Of a stretch of 64,000 nucleotides of DNA, positions 9,807 to 19,784 are shown one piece after another. Positions within the stretch are counted from its first letter, which is position 1. Every line of letters starts with the position of its first letter. The DNA comes from an uncultured Candidatus Rokubacteria bacterium. GTDB taxonomy: Bacteria > Methylomirabilota > Methylomirabilia > Rokubacteriales > CSP1-6. The notes beneath the pieces are model-generated. The model was given only the letters and a program-made list of their open reading frames with translations, searched no databases and was not told the origin of the DNA. The stretch covers positions 288,001 to 352,000 of the forward strand of contig CAVXJS010000007.1 in the NCBI GenBank assembly GCA_963762145.1. The letters run 5' to 3'. Position numbers and translations under genes: made by a program.

Positions 9807-11434
9807 TATTTCGGCGTCCAGGTCTTGAAGCGCTCGCGGAGGACCTTCTTGTCGAACTTCCCGACGCTGGTCTTGGGGACCGCCTCGATGAAGACGACCT
9901 CGTCAGGGAGCCACCACTTGGCCACGCGGGGCCTCAGGTACTCCATGATCTCGGCCGCGGTCAGCGCGTTCTTCCACTCGGGCTTGGGCACGATGCAGGC
10001 CAGCGGCCGCTCGACCCAGCGCTCGTGCGGCACCGCGATGACCGCGGCCTCGAGCACCTTGGGGTGGCCCATGATGGTGGTCTCCATGTCCACGCTCGAG
10101 ATCCACTCTCCGCCCGACTTGATCAGGTCCTTGGTGCGATCGGTGATCTGGATGTAGCCGTCGGGGTCGAGCGAGGCCACGTCGCCGGTGCGGAACCAGC
10201 CGTCCTCGGTGAACTGGGCCGCGCCCTCGGCGTTGTCGTAGTAGCCGCTGGTCACCCACGGCCCGCGCACCTGGATCTCCCCGGCGCTCTTGCCGTCCCA
10301 CGGCAGGACCGTGCCCGCGTCGTCCACGATCCTCATGTCCACGCCCGCCACCGGGGCGCCCTGCTTGGCCCGGATCGCGTAGCGCTCGTCCTCGGGCAGC
10401 GCGTCCATGTAGGAGCGCGGCCGGCACACGCTGCCGAGCGGGGTCATCTCGGTCATGCCCCAGGCGTGGAGCATGTAGGCGCCGTACTTCTTGTCGAACA
10501 GCTCGATCAGGCTCCGGGGCGCCGCCGATCCCCCGATGGGGATGCAGCGGATCGAGGAGATGTCCCACTGCGGCTCCTTCTCGAGGATGGCCTGGATCGC
10601 GATCCACACCGTGGGCACCGCCCCCACCAGGGTGACCTTCTCGTGGTGGACGATCTCGATGATGTCGCGCGGCTGCGGGTTGGGCCCGCCGAAGATCTGG
10701 GTGGACCCGTTCATGACGCCCGCGAACGGGACGCACCACGCGTTCGCGTGGAACATGGGCACGATGTGAAGGATCACGTCGCGCTCGCAGATTCCGAGCA
10801 CGTCCACCGTGGACGAGGCGAAGCAGTGCAGGTAGATGGCGCGGTGGGTGTAGAGCACGCCCTTGGGATGCCCGGTGGTCCCGGAGGTGTAGCAGATGCC
10901 GGCCGCGTCGGTCTCCTCGATGCGCGGCCATTCGGTGACCGGGGCGGTGCCCATCACGAGCTGCTCGTAGTCCAGCGCGCCCGGCGGCAGGGTGGCGTCC
11001 GGGGTGTCCTTCATGACGATCACGTGCTTGACGGTGGTGAGGTCCTTCCGGATCGGCTCGAGGATGTGCCAGAGGCTCGCGTCGACGATCAGCACCTCGT
11101 CGCCCGCGTGATTGACGATGTAGGTGATGTCCTGGGCGGAGAGCCGGATGTTCACGGTGTGGAGCACCATGCCCATCAGCGGGGCCGCGAGGTACACCTC
11201 CATGTGCCGGTGCGAGTTCCACGCGAAGGTCCCGACGCGGGCGCCCTTGGCCAGGCCGAGCCCCCGCAGCGCGCCGGCCAGCCGGCAGACGCGGTCCGCG
11301 TAGTCGCCGTAGGTGTAGCGCACGAGCCCCACCCCGGGCACCCGCGTGGCCATGGTCTTCCGGTGGAAGAGCCGCCGCGTGCGCTCGAAGAACTGGGTGA
11401 GCGTCAGCGGATAATCCATCATCAGGCCTCTCAT
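9806..11434 (-). CDS. Long/medium-chain fatty-acid--CoA ligase (AMP-binding)
   Basis: YTSGTTGHPKG, WGMTE, GWFRTGD, DLIKSGGEWISS, KTSVGKFDKK; GGAGG SD before ATG 11434. Confidence 0.93.
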   Translation of the reverse strand: MRGLMMDYPLTLTQFFERTRRLFHRKTMATRVPGVGLVRYTYGDYADRVCRLAGALRGLGLAKGARVGTFAWNSHRHMEVYLAAPLMGMVLHTVNIRLSAQDITYIVNHAGDEVLIVDASLWHILEPIRKDLTTVKHVIVMKDTPDATLPPGALDYEQLVMGTAPVTEWPRIEETDAAGICYTSGTTGHPKGVLYTHRAIYLHCFASSTVDVLGICERDVILHIVPMFHANAWCVPFAGVMNGSTQIFGGPNPQPRDIIEIVHHEKVTLVGAVPTVWIAIQAILEKEPQWDISSIRCIPIGGSAAPRSLIELFDKKYGAYMLHAWGMTEMTPLGSVCRPRSYMDALPEDERYAIRAKQGAPVAGVDMRIVDDAGTVLPWDGKSAGEIQVRGPWVTSGYYDNAEGAAQFTEDGWFRTGDVASLDPDGYIQITDRTKDLIKSGGEWISSVDMETTIMGHPKVLEAAVIAVPHERWVERPLACIVPKPEWKNALTAAEIMEYLRPRVAKWWLPDEVVFIEAVPKTSVGKFDKKVLRERFKTWTPK

Positions 11435-11438
11435 CGCG

Positions 11439-12293
11439 TCAATATCCTCCCAGGTCCTCCGAGGTCGCGCAGCGGAAGCCGACGTGGTGATGGCCACGGG
11501 CCAGGCCGCGGTGGGGTCCATCATACGAGTAGAAGCGCCGGATCGTCACCCGCAACGTCTCCGGGGGATCGTCGTGGCTGGCACCCCGGACCACGCGCGC
11601 GGCGCGAGGTCCGGCGGTCTCGCGGCCGTCGTCCGGACGGTAGGGGTAGGGGCGGTACTCGGAGGCCGTCCACTCCCGGAGGTTGCCCAGGAGGTCCTGG
11701 ACCCCGGTTGGCCCGGCGCCCGCGGGCCGGCCATCCGTCGGCCCGGTCGCGTTGTAGGGCCGCGCGAACACCGCGTGCTCGGGCCCGGGCGGAGTGTCGC
11801 CCCAGGGATACCGGCGCCGGTCGGGCCCGCGGGCCGCCTTCTCCCACTCGGCCTCGGTGGGCAGCCGCTTGCCCCGCCAGAGGCAGTAGTCGCGGGCGCC
11901 GTACCAGGAGACCTCCACCGCCGGGTGGTCCTCGAAGCCGGGATCGGCGGTGAAGCGGCCGTCGCGCCGATGGATGCGGGCGTCCGGGTCGCCCGCGTCG
12001 AAGTAGTCCGCGCCCTCGGCGCTCCGGAGGCCGCGCGCCTCGAGGAAGAGCGCGACCTCCCGGTTCGTGACCTTGTGGCGGTCGAGCCAGAAGGCCCGGA
12101 GGAAGACGCGGTGGAGGGGGCCCTCGTCGGAGGCGCCGTCGTCGCTCCCCATCCAGAACGCACCGGCCTGGATGAGCATGATCCCGTCCCCGCGGGCGGC
12201 GCGCGGCCCCGGCCCAAGCCAATGCTCGTGCTCCACGCATGTGAGGATCAGCGCCGCGCCCAGCACGAGACCTCGCCGCGTCCACGCGGTCAC
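11439..12293 (-). CDS. Formylglycine-generating-enzyme (SUMF1/FGE-sulfatase) domain protein, probably exported
   Basis: GAFWMGSD, HPAVEVSW, KRLPTEAEWEKAARG, GNLREWT, VGFRCA; probable leaderless GTG at 12293. Confidence 0.85.
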   Translation of the reverse strand: MTAWTRRGLVLGAALILTCVEHEHWLGPGPRAARGDGIMLIQAGAFWMGSDDGASDEGPLHRVFLRAFWLDRHKVTNREVALFLEARGLRSAEGADYFDAGDPDARIHRRDGRFTADPGFEDHPAVEVSWYGARDYCLWRGKRLPTEAEWEKAARGPDRRRYPWGDTPPGPEHAVFARPYNATGPTDGRPAGAGPTGVQDLLGNLREWTASEYRPYPYRPDDGRETAGPRAARVVRGASHDDPPETLRVTIRRFYSYDGPHRGLARGHHHVGFRCATSEDLGGY

Positions 12294-12376
12294 GCGCTCA
12301 CGATAGGAGGCGGGCGCGGGCGGTGTCAACGTGGCCAGGTGATTTGGCAGGAAGATTCGGGTATGGTGAGGGCGCC

Positions 12377-14437
12377 ATGAACTCCCGCTGGAGCGATTCC
12401 GACGCGCAGGGCAAGAACGATCTCGATCTCCTCGTCTACGCCTCCCGCCTGATCGGCGCCGAGACCACCCTGGTGGTGTGGGGCGGCGGCAACACGTCGG
12501 TGAAGCGGGACGAGCGCGATCACCGCAACCGGCCGACGCGCGTGCTGCGCGTGAAGGGCAGCGGCTCCGATCTCAAGAGCATCGCGACGAAGGACTTTCC
12601 CGGCGTGCGCATGGACGACGTGCTGGCCCTGCTCGAGCGGCAGGACATGGGCGACCAGGAGATGGTCGACTACCTCGCCCACGCCCTGCAGGAGGCCGCG
12701 AGCCCGCGCCCGTCCATCGAGACCCTGCTGCACGGCTTCCTGCCCGCGACCGCGGTGATCCACACGCACGCCGACGCGGTGGTCTCGCTCACCAACAACG
12801 ACCGCAGCCACGACGTCCTGCGCGAGGTCTACGGCGACGAGGTGATCCCGCTCTCCTACCGGCGCCCCGGGTTTCTCATCTCCCGGGAAGTCGCGCAGAC
12901 CTTCGAGGCGCATCCGACGGCGCGCGCGCTGCTGCTCGAGAAGCACGGGACGATCTGCTGGGGGGCTACCGTGAAGGAAGCCTACCTGGCCACGATCGAG
13001 CTGATCAGTCGCGCGGAGGAGGCGATCGCCCATCGCGCCCGCGGCCGGGCGCGCTTCGGCGGGGTCGCGCTCGCGAGCCCGCCCGCGGAGGAGCGGCGGC
13101 GCGTGGCCCTCGCGGTGGCGCCCCATCTGCGCGGGCTGGTCGGGCGCGACCGGCGCCAGGTCCTCTTCTTCGACGACGCGCCGGACGTGCTGGAGTTCGC
13201 GGCCTCGCGCGAGGCGGAGGCGCTCTGTCAGATTGGCCCCGCGACGCCGGACCACACGATCTTCACCAAGCGCCTGCCGTGCTTCGCGCCGGTCGAGAAC
13301 CCGGCGGATCCCGAGTCGGTCCGCGCCGGGGTGACGAGGGCGGTGGAGCGTTTCGTGGCCGACTACACCGCCTACTTCGAGGCGCACAACACCGGGGGCG
13401 CCCGACTAACGGATCCCTTTCCTCGAGTGATCGTGGTGGGCGGGCTCGGACTGTTCGCCACCGGCAAGGACCGGCGCACCGCCGGGATCGTCGACGACAT
13501 CTACCACCACACGATCTCGGTCCTGGGCGCGGCGACCGCCTTCGGCGGCTACGTGTCTCTCAGCGCGAGGGACGCGTTCGACGTCGAGTACTGGCCGCTC
13601 GAGCTCTACAAGCTCGCGCTGGCCCCGCCCGAGAAGGAGCTGGCCCGTCGCATCGCCCTGGTCACCGGCGGCGCCAGCGGCATCGGCCGCGCCGCGGCGC
13701 AGCGGCTGGCCGCCGAGGGCGCGCACGTGGTGGTGGCGGATCTGGACGCGGCGGGCGCGCGCAAGGCGGCCGAGGAGATCGTGGGCGCGGTGGGCGCGGG
13801 CCGTGCGGTGGGGCTCGGGATGGACGTGACCGGCGAGGCCTCGGTGCGGGCCGCCTTCGAGGCCGCGGTGCTGACCTACGGGGGCGTGGACATCGTGGTC
13901 TCCAACGCGGGCACCGCGCACTCCTCGCCGGTGGATCGGATGGATCTCGCGGACTGGGAGCGCTCCTTCGCGGTGAACTCCACCGGCCACTTCCTGGTTG
14001 CGCGCGAAGGGATGCGGGTGCTCAAGGCCCAGGGGCTGGGCGGCGCCTTCGTCTTCGTGGCCACCAAGAACGTCATGTCGCCCGGCAAGGACTTCTCGGC
14101 CTACTCCGCGTCCAAGGCCGCCGAGGCCCAGCTCGCCAAGGTCCTGGCGCTGGAAGGCGGGCCCCACGGCATCCGGTCGAACATCGTCAACCCGGACGCC
14201 GTCTTCCGCGATTCCAAGCTCTGGTCGGAGGACGTGCGGCGGGAGCGCGCGCGGGCGCAGGGCATCTCGGTGGACGACCTCGAGGACTTCTATCGCAAGC
14301 GCAACATCCTCGCCCGGCCGATCCTGCCCGAGGACGTCGCGGAGGCGGTGCTCTTCCTGGCTTCCGACCGCTCGGCCAAGACCACGGGCTGCACGATCAC
14401 GGTGGACGGCGGCGTCAAGGATGCCTTCCCCCGCTAG
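12377..14437 (+). CDS. rhaD: Bifunctional rhamnulose-1-phosphate aldolase/short-chain dehydrogenase (RhaEW-type)
   Basis: WGGGNTSVK, VKGSGSDL, PSIETLLH, HTHAD, EYWPLELYKL, followed by SDR domain TGGASGIG...YSASK. Confidence 0.88.
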   Translation: MNSRWSDSDAQGKNDLDLLVYASRLIGAETTLVVWGGGNTSVKRDERDHRNRPTRVLRVKGSGSDLKSIATKDFPGVRMDDVLALLERQDMGDQEMVDYLAHALQEAASPRPSIETLLHGFLPATAVIHTHADAVVSLTNNDRSHDVLREVYGDEVIPLSYRRPGFLISREVAQTFEAHPTARALLLEKHGTICWGATVKEAYLATIELISRAEEAIAHRARGRARFGGVALASPPAEERRRVALAVAPHLRGLVGRDRRQVLFFDDAPDVLEFAASREAEALCQIGPATPDHTIFTKRLPCFAPVENPADPESVRAGVTRAVERFVADYTAYFEAHNTGGARLTDPFPRVIVVGGLGLFATGKDRRTAGIVDDIYHHTISVLGAATAFGGYVSLSARDAFDVEYWPLELYKLALAPPEKELARRIALVTGGASGIGRAAAQRLAAEGAHVVVADLDAAGARKAAEEIVGAVGAGRAVGLGMDVTGEASVRAAFEAAVLTYGGVDIVVSNAGTAHSSPVDRMDLADWERSFAVNSTGHFLVAREGMRVLKAQGLGGAFVFVATKNVMSPGKDFSAYSASKAAEAQLAKVLALEGGPHGIRSNIVNPDAVFRDSKLWSEDVRRERARAQGISVDDLEDFYRKRNILARPILPEDVAEAVLFLASDRSAKTTGCTITVDGGVKDAFPR

Positions 14438-14441
14438 GGTC

Positions 14442-15401
14442 ATGAATCCGCTCGCCTCGCCTTCGGCTACAGCTCGCAAAGCCACATTCGGGGCGTTCCT
14501 GTCCCTCCATCCGCCCGAGGAGCAGCTCGCGCTGGCCCGGCGCTGCGAGGAGCTGGGGCTCGACTCGCTGTGGACGGGCGATCACGTCTCCTTCCACGGC
14601 CCGATCTACGAGTCGCTGACCCTGCTGGCCGCGTACGCCGGGATCACGACGCGGATCAAGCTGGGCAGCGGCGTGTACCTGCTCGCCCTGCGCCAGCCGT
14701 CGGTCGTGGCCAAGATCACCTCCACGCTCGACGTGCTCTGCGGGGGTCGCCTGATCTTCGGGGTCGGGGTGGGCGGCGAGAACCCGAAGGAGTTCGAGGC
14801 CTGCGGGATTCCCCACCGCGAGCGCGGGGCGCGCGTCACCGAGGGCATCGACGTGGTGCGGACGCTGTGGCGGGACACGCCCGCCTCGTTCAAGGGGCGC
14901 TTCACGGAGTTCGAGGGGGTGAGCATCGACCCGAAGCCGGTGCAGCGACCGGGGCCGCCGATCTGGGTGGGCGGGCGCTCCGACGCGGCGCTCAAGCGGG
15001 CCGGACGGCAGGGCGACGGCTGGGTGTCCTATGTCGTCCAGCCCGAGCGCTATGCCCAGAGCCTGGCCAAGATCCGGGAGGCCGCCGAGCAGGCGGGCCG
15101 CCACCTGGACCGCTTCGTGGCCGCGCACCTGACGTTCGTCACGGTGGGCCGCGACTACGAGAGCGCCGAGCGGACCTGGGTGCGGATCCTGTCGCGGCGC
15201 TACGCGCAGGACTTCGGCCCGCTCGCCCGCAAGTACGGGGTGATCGGCACGCCCGAGCAGTGCGCCGAGCAGATGGAGCGCTTCGCGCGCGCCGGCTGCC
15301 ACTACTTCGTGATGAATCCGATCTGCGATCCCCCGGACGAGCGGGAGCAGCTCGAGACCATCGCGAGCGAGGTGATCCCGCGCGCGCAGACGGTGGCATG
15401 A
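14442..15401 (+). CDS. LLM-class flavin-dependent oxidoreductase
   Basis: DSLWTGDH, KLGSGVYLLALR, GRLIFGVGVGGE, PPIWVGG. Confidence 0.9.
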   Translation: MNPLASPSATARKATFGAFLSLHPPEEQLALARRCEELGLDSLWTGDHVSFHGPIYESLTLLAAYAGITTRIKLGSGVYLLALRQPSVVAKITSTLDVLCGGRLIFGVGVGGENPKEFEACGIPHRERGARVTEGIDVVRTLWRDTPASFKGRFTEFEGVSIDPKPVQRPGPPIWVGGRSDAALKRAGRQGDGWVSYVVQPERYAQSLAKIREAAEQAGRHLDRFVAAHLTFVTVGRDYESAERTWVRILSRRYAQDFGPLARKYGVIGTPEQCAEQMERFARAGCHYFVMNPICDPPDEREQLETIASEVIPRAQTVA

Positions 15402-16096
15402 AGCCGCGGGAGTGCAAGGCGGAAGTCGCCGCGGTGCGCGCGGTGACGCCCGAGATCATGGAGGTGGACCTGCGGGTGCTCGAGCCCGCCGAGTTCACCT
15501 TCGAGGCCGGGCAGTGGATCTCGGTGCCCTTCGGCCCCAAGCTCGTGCGCGCGTGGAGCATGGTCTCGCCGCCCACCCGCAAGGGCCTCACGCTCTCGAT
15601 CGACGTCGCCCCCGGCGGCATCGGCTCGCAGTGGGCGCGCGGGCTCAAGCCGGGCGACCCGGTGCAGTTCAAGGGGCCGACCGGCGGCTTCGTGTTCAAC
15701 CGCGCCGATTCGCGGCGCGCCGTCTTCGTGGCCGAGGAGATCGGGATCGTGCCGATCCGCTCGATCCTGGCTCACCTCTACGAGACCGGCTACGGCCGGC
15801 CCACCGCGCTGATCTACTGGGCGCGCAACCCGGGCTGGCTGGTGTACGACGCCGACTTCCGCTCGCTCGCGCGCCGCTACCCGGGCTTCTCCTACCTGCC
15901 GGTGCTGCGCGAGCCGCCCGCGACCTGGCGCGGGGAGAAGGGAGAGCCCGCGGAGGCGGTGGACCGCCTCGTCTACGGCGTGGACAAGTTGGTCGTCTAC
16001 GTGTGCGGGGGCGGGGAGACGATCAACAAGGTCCGCGACGCGCTCGTGGCGAAGGGCATGGATCGCAAGAGCGTCAAGTGGGAGAAGTTCTGGTGA
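15398..16096 (+). CDS. FAD/NAD(P)-binding oxidoreductase (ferredoxin-reductase/FNR-like)
   Basis: FEAGQWI, RAWSMVS, GPTGGF, IGIVPIRSI, YVCG, C-terminal EKFW. Confidence 0.82.
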   Translation: MKPRECKAEVAAVRAVTPEIMEVDLRVLEPAEFTFEAGQWISVPFGPKLVRAWSMVSPPTRKGLTLSIDVAPGGIGSQWARGLKPGDPVQFKGPTGGFVFNRADSRRAVFVAEEIGIVPIRSILAHLYETGYGRPTALIYWARNPGWLVYDADFRSLARRYPGFSYLPVLREPPATWRGEKGEPAEAVDRLVYGVDKLVVYVCGGGETINKVRDALVAKGMDRKSVKWEKFW

Positions 16097-16509
16097 AGGC
16101 CCAGCTCTACCACCTCCAGATCAACGTGGCCGACGCCTCGCGGTCGCTGCCGTTCTACAAGGCGCTGCTGGGCTATCTCGAGTACCGGACCGTGTACGAC
16201 ACCGACGCGATGGCCGGCTTCTCCGGCCGCGGCACGGACGTCTGGGTGGGCGCCGCGGCTCCCGCGCACACCGGGGCGGGCTTTCACCGCAAGCGGGCCG
16301 GGGTCAACCATCTGGCCTTCCGCGTGGACCGCCGCGAGGACGTCGATCGCTTCACGGCCGAGTTCCTGGCCCCCCGCAAGCTGGGCACACTCTACGGCAC
16401 CCCGCGCGAGTTCCCCGAGTACCGCCCGGGCTATTACGCGGTCTTCTTCGAGGACCCCGACCGCCTGAAGCTCGAGATCGTGCACCTGCCGACCGCGCCG
16501 CCGGCCTGA
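16093..16509 (+). CDS. VOC/glyoxalase-family protein
   Basis: HLQINVAD, GVNHLAFRV, YYAVFFEDPDRLKLEIV. Confidence 0.88.
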   Translation: MKAQLYHLQINVADASRSLPFYKALLGYLEYRTVYDTDAMAGFSGRGTDVWVGAAAPAHTGAGFHRKRAGVNHLAFRVDRREDVDRFTAEFLAPRKLGTLYGTPREFPEYRPGYYAVFFEDPDRLKLEIVHLPTAPPA

Positions 16510-16511
16510 GC

Positions 16512-18164
16512 ATGGCCGATCTCAACGGGGGCCATCTCGTCGCGCGCACGCTCCGGCAGGCGGGCGTCGACCACCTCTTCACGCTGTGCGGCGGGCACAT
16601 CCTGCCGATCTACGACGGCTGCATCACCGAGCGGGTCCAGGTCGTGGATATGCGCCACGAGCAGGCCTGCGCGCACGCCGCCGACGCCTACGCGCGGCTC
16701 ACCCGCAACATCGGCGTGGCGGTGGTGACCGCAGGGCCGGGCGTGACCGACGCGGTCACCGGGATCGCCAACGCGCACGCTGCCCGCAGCCCGGTCCTCC
16801 TGATCGGCGGGGCCGCGCCGCTCGGGCTCCGCGGGCTCGGGTCGCTCCAGGAGGTGGAGCAGGTGGACCTGCTGCGCCCCATCACCAAGGGCTCGTGGAC
16901 GGTGAGCGAGACGCGCCAGATCCCGGAGGTGCTGACCACCGCGATCCGCCACGCCCTCACCGGGCGGCCGGGGCCGGTCTTCGTGGAGATCCCGGTGGAT
17001 CTGCTGATGACCGTGGTGGAGGATCGCCTGGCCCCGATCCCGACCGGCTACGCGCACCGCCGGCCCACCGCGCCGGACGCCGCGTCCGTCGAGGAGCTGG
17101 CCGCGCTGCTGGCCCGCGCGGAGCGGCCGGTGATCATGGCGGGCAGCGGGGTGTACTGGGACGACGCGGCGAAGGAGCTCGCCGCGCTGGCCGAGCGGGC
17201 GGGCGTGCCCGTCTTCATGAACGGCGCGGGGCGCGGCTGTCTCCCGCACGATCATCCGCAGGCCTTCGCCCAGGCGCGGGGCTTCGCGCTCGGCCGGGCC
17301 GATGTGGTGCTGGTCCTCGGCACGCCGCTCGACTTTCGCCTGGGCTACGGCCGCCCGCCGTCCTTCGCCGAGGACGTCCAGGTCGCCATGGTGGACTGCG
17401 ACCCGGTCGAGCTGGGCCGCAACCGGCCGCTCGCGGTGGGCCTCGCCAGCCACATCGGGCTCACCCTGCGGGCGCTCGCCGACGCGCTGCCGCGCGACCG
17501 GTCGGCGCGGGGTGCGCCCTGGCTGGCCGCGGTGCGGCAGAAGGAGGACGACGCGCAGGCCCGCCTCATGAGCGAGCGGCGCTCGGACGACGTGCCGATC
17601 AGCCACTACCGCCTGGGCCACGAGATCGCCGCGGTGGTGGACGCCGACACCACGGTGGTGGGCGACGGCGGCGACGTGGTGGGGTGCGCCTCCAAGATCG
17701 TGGCCCTCTCGCGCCCGGGCCAGTGGCTCGATCCCGGGCCCTTCGGCTGCCTCGGCGTCGGCCCGTCGTTCGCGATCGCGGCCAAGCTGCTCCGGCCGTC
17801 CCAGCGCGTGCTGCTGATCGCGGGGGACGGGGCCTTCGGCCTCAACGGGATGGAGATGGAGACCGCGGTGCGCTTCGGGCTGCCGATGACGGTGGTGATC
17901 GGCAACGACGGCGGGTGGGGCCAGATCCGCAACCCGCAGCTCTCGTTCTTCGGCGCGGAGCGGGCGGTGGGCACCTCGCTGCCCTTCACCCGGTTCGAGC
18001 GCGTGGTGGAGGCGCTCGGGGGCAAGGGCATCCACGTGACCGAGCCGGGCCAGCTCCGTCCGGCGCTCGAGCGGGCGCTGGGCTCGGGCGAGGTCTACTG
18101 CGTCAACGTGGTCCTGGACCCGGGCGCGTACCGTCGCACCGGCCAGGTGAGCATGGCCATATGA
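16512..18164 (+). CDS. Thiamine-pyrophosphate enzyme (acetolactate synthase/2-hydroxyacyl-CoA lyase-like)
   Basis: FTLCGGHI, RHEQ, TAGPGVT, LDPGPFGCLGVG, GDGAFG...NDGGW TPP motif. Confidence 0.9.
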   Translation: MADLNGGHLVARTLRQAGVDHLFTLCGGHILPIYDGCITERVQVVDMRHEQACAHAADAYARLTRNIGVAVVTAGPGVTDAVTGIANAHAARSPVLLIGGAAPLGLRGLGSLQEVEQVDLLRPITKGSWTVSETRQIPEVLTTAIRHALTGRPGPVFVEIPVDLLMTVVEDRLAPIPTGYAHRRPTAPDAASVEELAALLARAERPVIMAGSGVYWDDAAKELAALAERAGVPVFMNGAGRGCLPHDHPQAFAQARGFALGRADVVLVLGTPLDFRLGYGRPPSFAEDVQVAMVDCDPVELGRNRPLAVGLASHIGLTLRALADALPRDRSARGAPWLAAVRQKEDDAQARLMSERRSDDVPISHYRLGHEIAAVVDADTTVVGDGGDVVGCASKIVALSRPGQWLDPGPFGCLGVGPSFAIAAKLLRPSQRVLLIAGDGAFGLNGMEMETAVRFGLPMTVVIGNDGGWGQIRNPQLSFFGAERAVGTSLPFTRFERVVEALGGKGIHVTEPGQLRPALERALGSGEVYCVNVVLDPGAYRRTGQVSMAI

Positions 18165-19180
18165 AGATCACGTTCCTCTGCCCGCATCTGCGGATCGCGG
18201 GCGGGGTGCGGGCGATCCTCATCCACGCCGATCGGCTGGCCGGGCGCGGCCACGAGGTGACCGTGGTCGTTCCGGCCCGGCGGACGCTGACCGCGTGGTG
18301 GCGCAATCGCTTCCAGCGCGCGCCGGAGTGGATGCCCACGCTGGGGGCCCGGGTGCAGTGGGTGCCGGAGTGGAGCGCGGCCGCGCTGCCCGATGCCGAC
18401 GCGGTGATCGCCACGTCGTGGCAGTCGGTGGAGCCGGTGGCGGCGGCCCCGACCCGCTGCGGCCGGAAGTTCTACTTCATCCAGCACTACGAGAGCCTCT
18501 ACCACGGCGAGGCGGCGCGGGTGGACGCCACCTACCGCGTCCCGCTGCGAAAGATCGTGATCTCGACGTGGCTCGCCGACATCATGGCCGAGCGCTTCGA
18601 CACGCCGGCCGCGGTGGTGGTCACTCCGGTGGACGGCGCGCTCTTCCGCCCGGTGCCGGTCGAGCGCGACGGGCGCCTTCGGGTGCTCATGCTCTTCCAT
18701 GACTATCCCTGGAAGGGCGTGGCCGACGGTCTCGAGGCCTGGACCCGCGTGCGGGCGCGCCACCCGGAGCTCAGCCTGGTGGGCTTCGGCGTGAAGTCCC
18801 CGCCGCGCAAGCTGCCGTTCGACGAGTTCCACGAGAACCTGCCGCAGGAGCGTCTCGCGTGGCTCTACAGCCGCTGCCCGATCTATCTCTGTCCCTCGTG
18901 GGACGAGGGACTCGGCATGCCCGCGATGGAGGCGATGGCCTGCGGGGCCGCGCTGTGCACCTACGACAACGGAGGCTGTCGCGACTACGCCATCGACGGC
19001 CGCACCGCGGTGGTGTCGCCCCGGCGCGATCTGGACGCGCTGGCCTGGGGGCTCACGCGGCTGGTGGAGGATGAGGAGCTACGAGGGCGAATCGCGCGGC
19101 AGGGGCAGGACTTCGTGGGAACTCAGTTCGACTGGGAACGCGCTACCGCGCGGCTGGAGTCGATCCTCGCCGCGCGGTAG
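18161..19180 (+). CDS. Glycosyltransferase family 4
   Basis: AGGVRAI, YFIQHYE, EGLGMPAMEAMACG. Confidence 0.9.
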   Translation: MKITFLCPHLRIAGGVRAILIHADRLAGRGHEVTVVVPARRTLTAWWRNRFQRAPEWMPTLGARVQWVPEWSAAALPDADAVIATSWQSVEPVAAAPTRCGRKFYFIQHYESLYHGEAARVDATYRVPLRKIVISTWLADIMAERFDTPAAVVVTPVDGALFRPVPVERDGRLRVLMLFHDYPWKGVADGLEAWTRVRARHPELSLVGFGVKSPPRKLPFDEFHENLPQERLAWLYSRCPIYLCPSWDEGLGMPAMEAMACGAALCTYDNGGCRDYAIDGRTAVVSPRRDLDALAWGLTRLVEDEELRGRIARQGQDFVGTQFDWERATARLESILAAR

Positions 19181-19196
19181 CGGTCGATGCGGGAAG

Positions 19197-19502
19197 CTAG
19201 GCGGAGATGTTCTCGACCGACGCCAGCGCAGGCCGCCGGGTGCGGATCGTCCGATTCGTCCAGCGGGCCACCACGTGCCCCAGCGTCTGCTCCTCGATCA
19301 GGCCTTCCGTCTTGAGCTGCTTGAAGACCTGCGTCCAGCCGGAGCTCCGCTGAGCCATGGCCAGGATCTCGTCGAGGCTTCTCTGATCTTGCGCGCTCTG
19401 CGCGTCGTGCAGGGCGTGCGCGATCTGCGAGTCCGAAGGCATCGCGCTCGGCTCGCGCCGGTAACCCGATCCCGTCAGCAGTCTCAGTGTGGTGGTTGTC
19501 AT
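19197..19502 (-). CDS. Hypothetical 101-aa protein, possible winged-helix domain
   Basis: Strong SD GGGGAGGA; SLDEILAMAQ...VFKQLKTEGLIEEQTLGHVVARW resembles a wHTH recognition helix plus wing. Confidence 0.65.
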   Translation of the reverse strand: MTTTTLRLLTGSGYRREPSAMPSDSQIAHALHDAQSAQDQRSLDEILAMAQRSSGWTQVFKQLKTEGLIEEQTLGHVVARWTNRTIRTRRPALASVENISA

Positions 19503-19543
19503 GGGTTCCTCCCCTAGGGCGTTCCCGGCTTCCGCCTGAGTAC

Positions 19544-19747
19544 TCATCGGTCCACGCCACGCTGGTGATGCGGGAGCCGGTGAGCCCGCGCGATCTGGCC
19601 GATGTGACGCTCCCTGAAGGCTCCGCGGGGGCCGTGCGCGGTCGAGAGACGATGCCCGCGGCTGCCCGCGCCCGACTTGATCTCGCCGGGCCGGCTTCCG
19701 CCGGGTCTCACGCCCTTCACGCTGCTGCCGTCCGTGTAGTCCGCCAT
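19544..19747 (-). CDS. Small basic Arg/His/Gly-rich ORF (67 aa)
   Basis: 57 of 67 codons end in G/C by manual count; starts ~11 nt after the predicted sigma-54 TSS; no SD; no family recognised. Confidence 0.45.
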   Translation of the reverse strand: MADYTDGSSVKGVRPGGSRPGEIKSGAGSRGHRLSTAHGPRGAFRERHIGQIARAHRLPHHQRGVDR

Positions 19748-19769
19748 GGTTGCGCCGACCTACCCTACG

Positions 19770-19784
19770 GCAAACTCGGTGCCA
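19770..19784 (-). promoter_or_regulatory. Sigma-54 (-24/-12) promoter
   Basis: Minus strand TGGCACCGAGTTTGC matches TGGCAC-N5-TTGC; palindrome CGGACGGTCCG at 19890-19900 is a candidate UAS. Confidence 0.72.
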
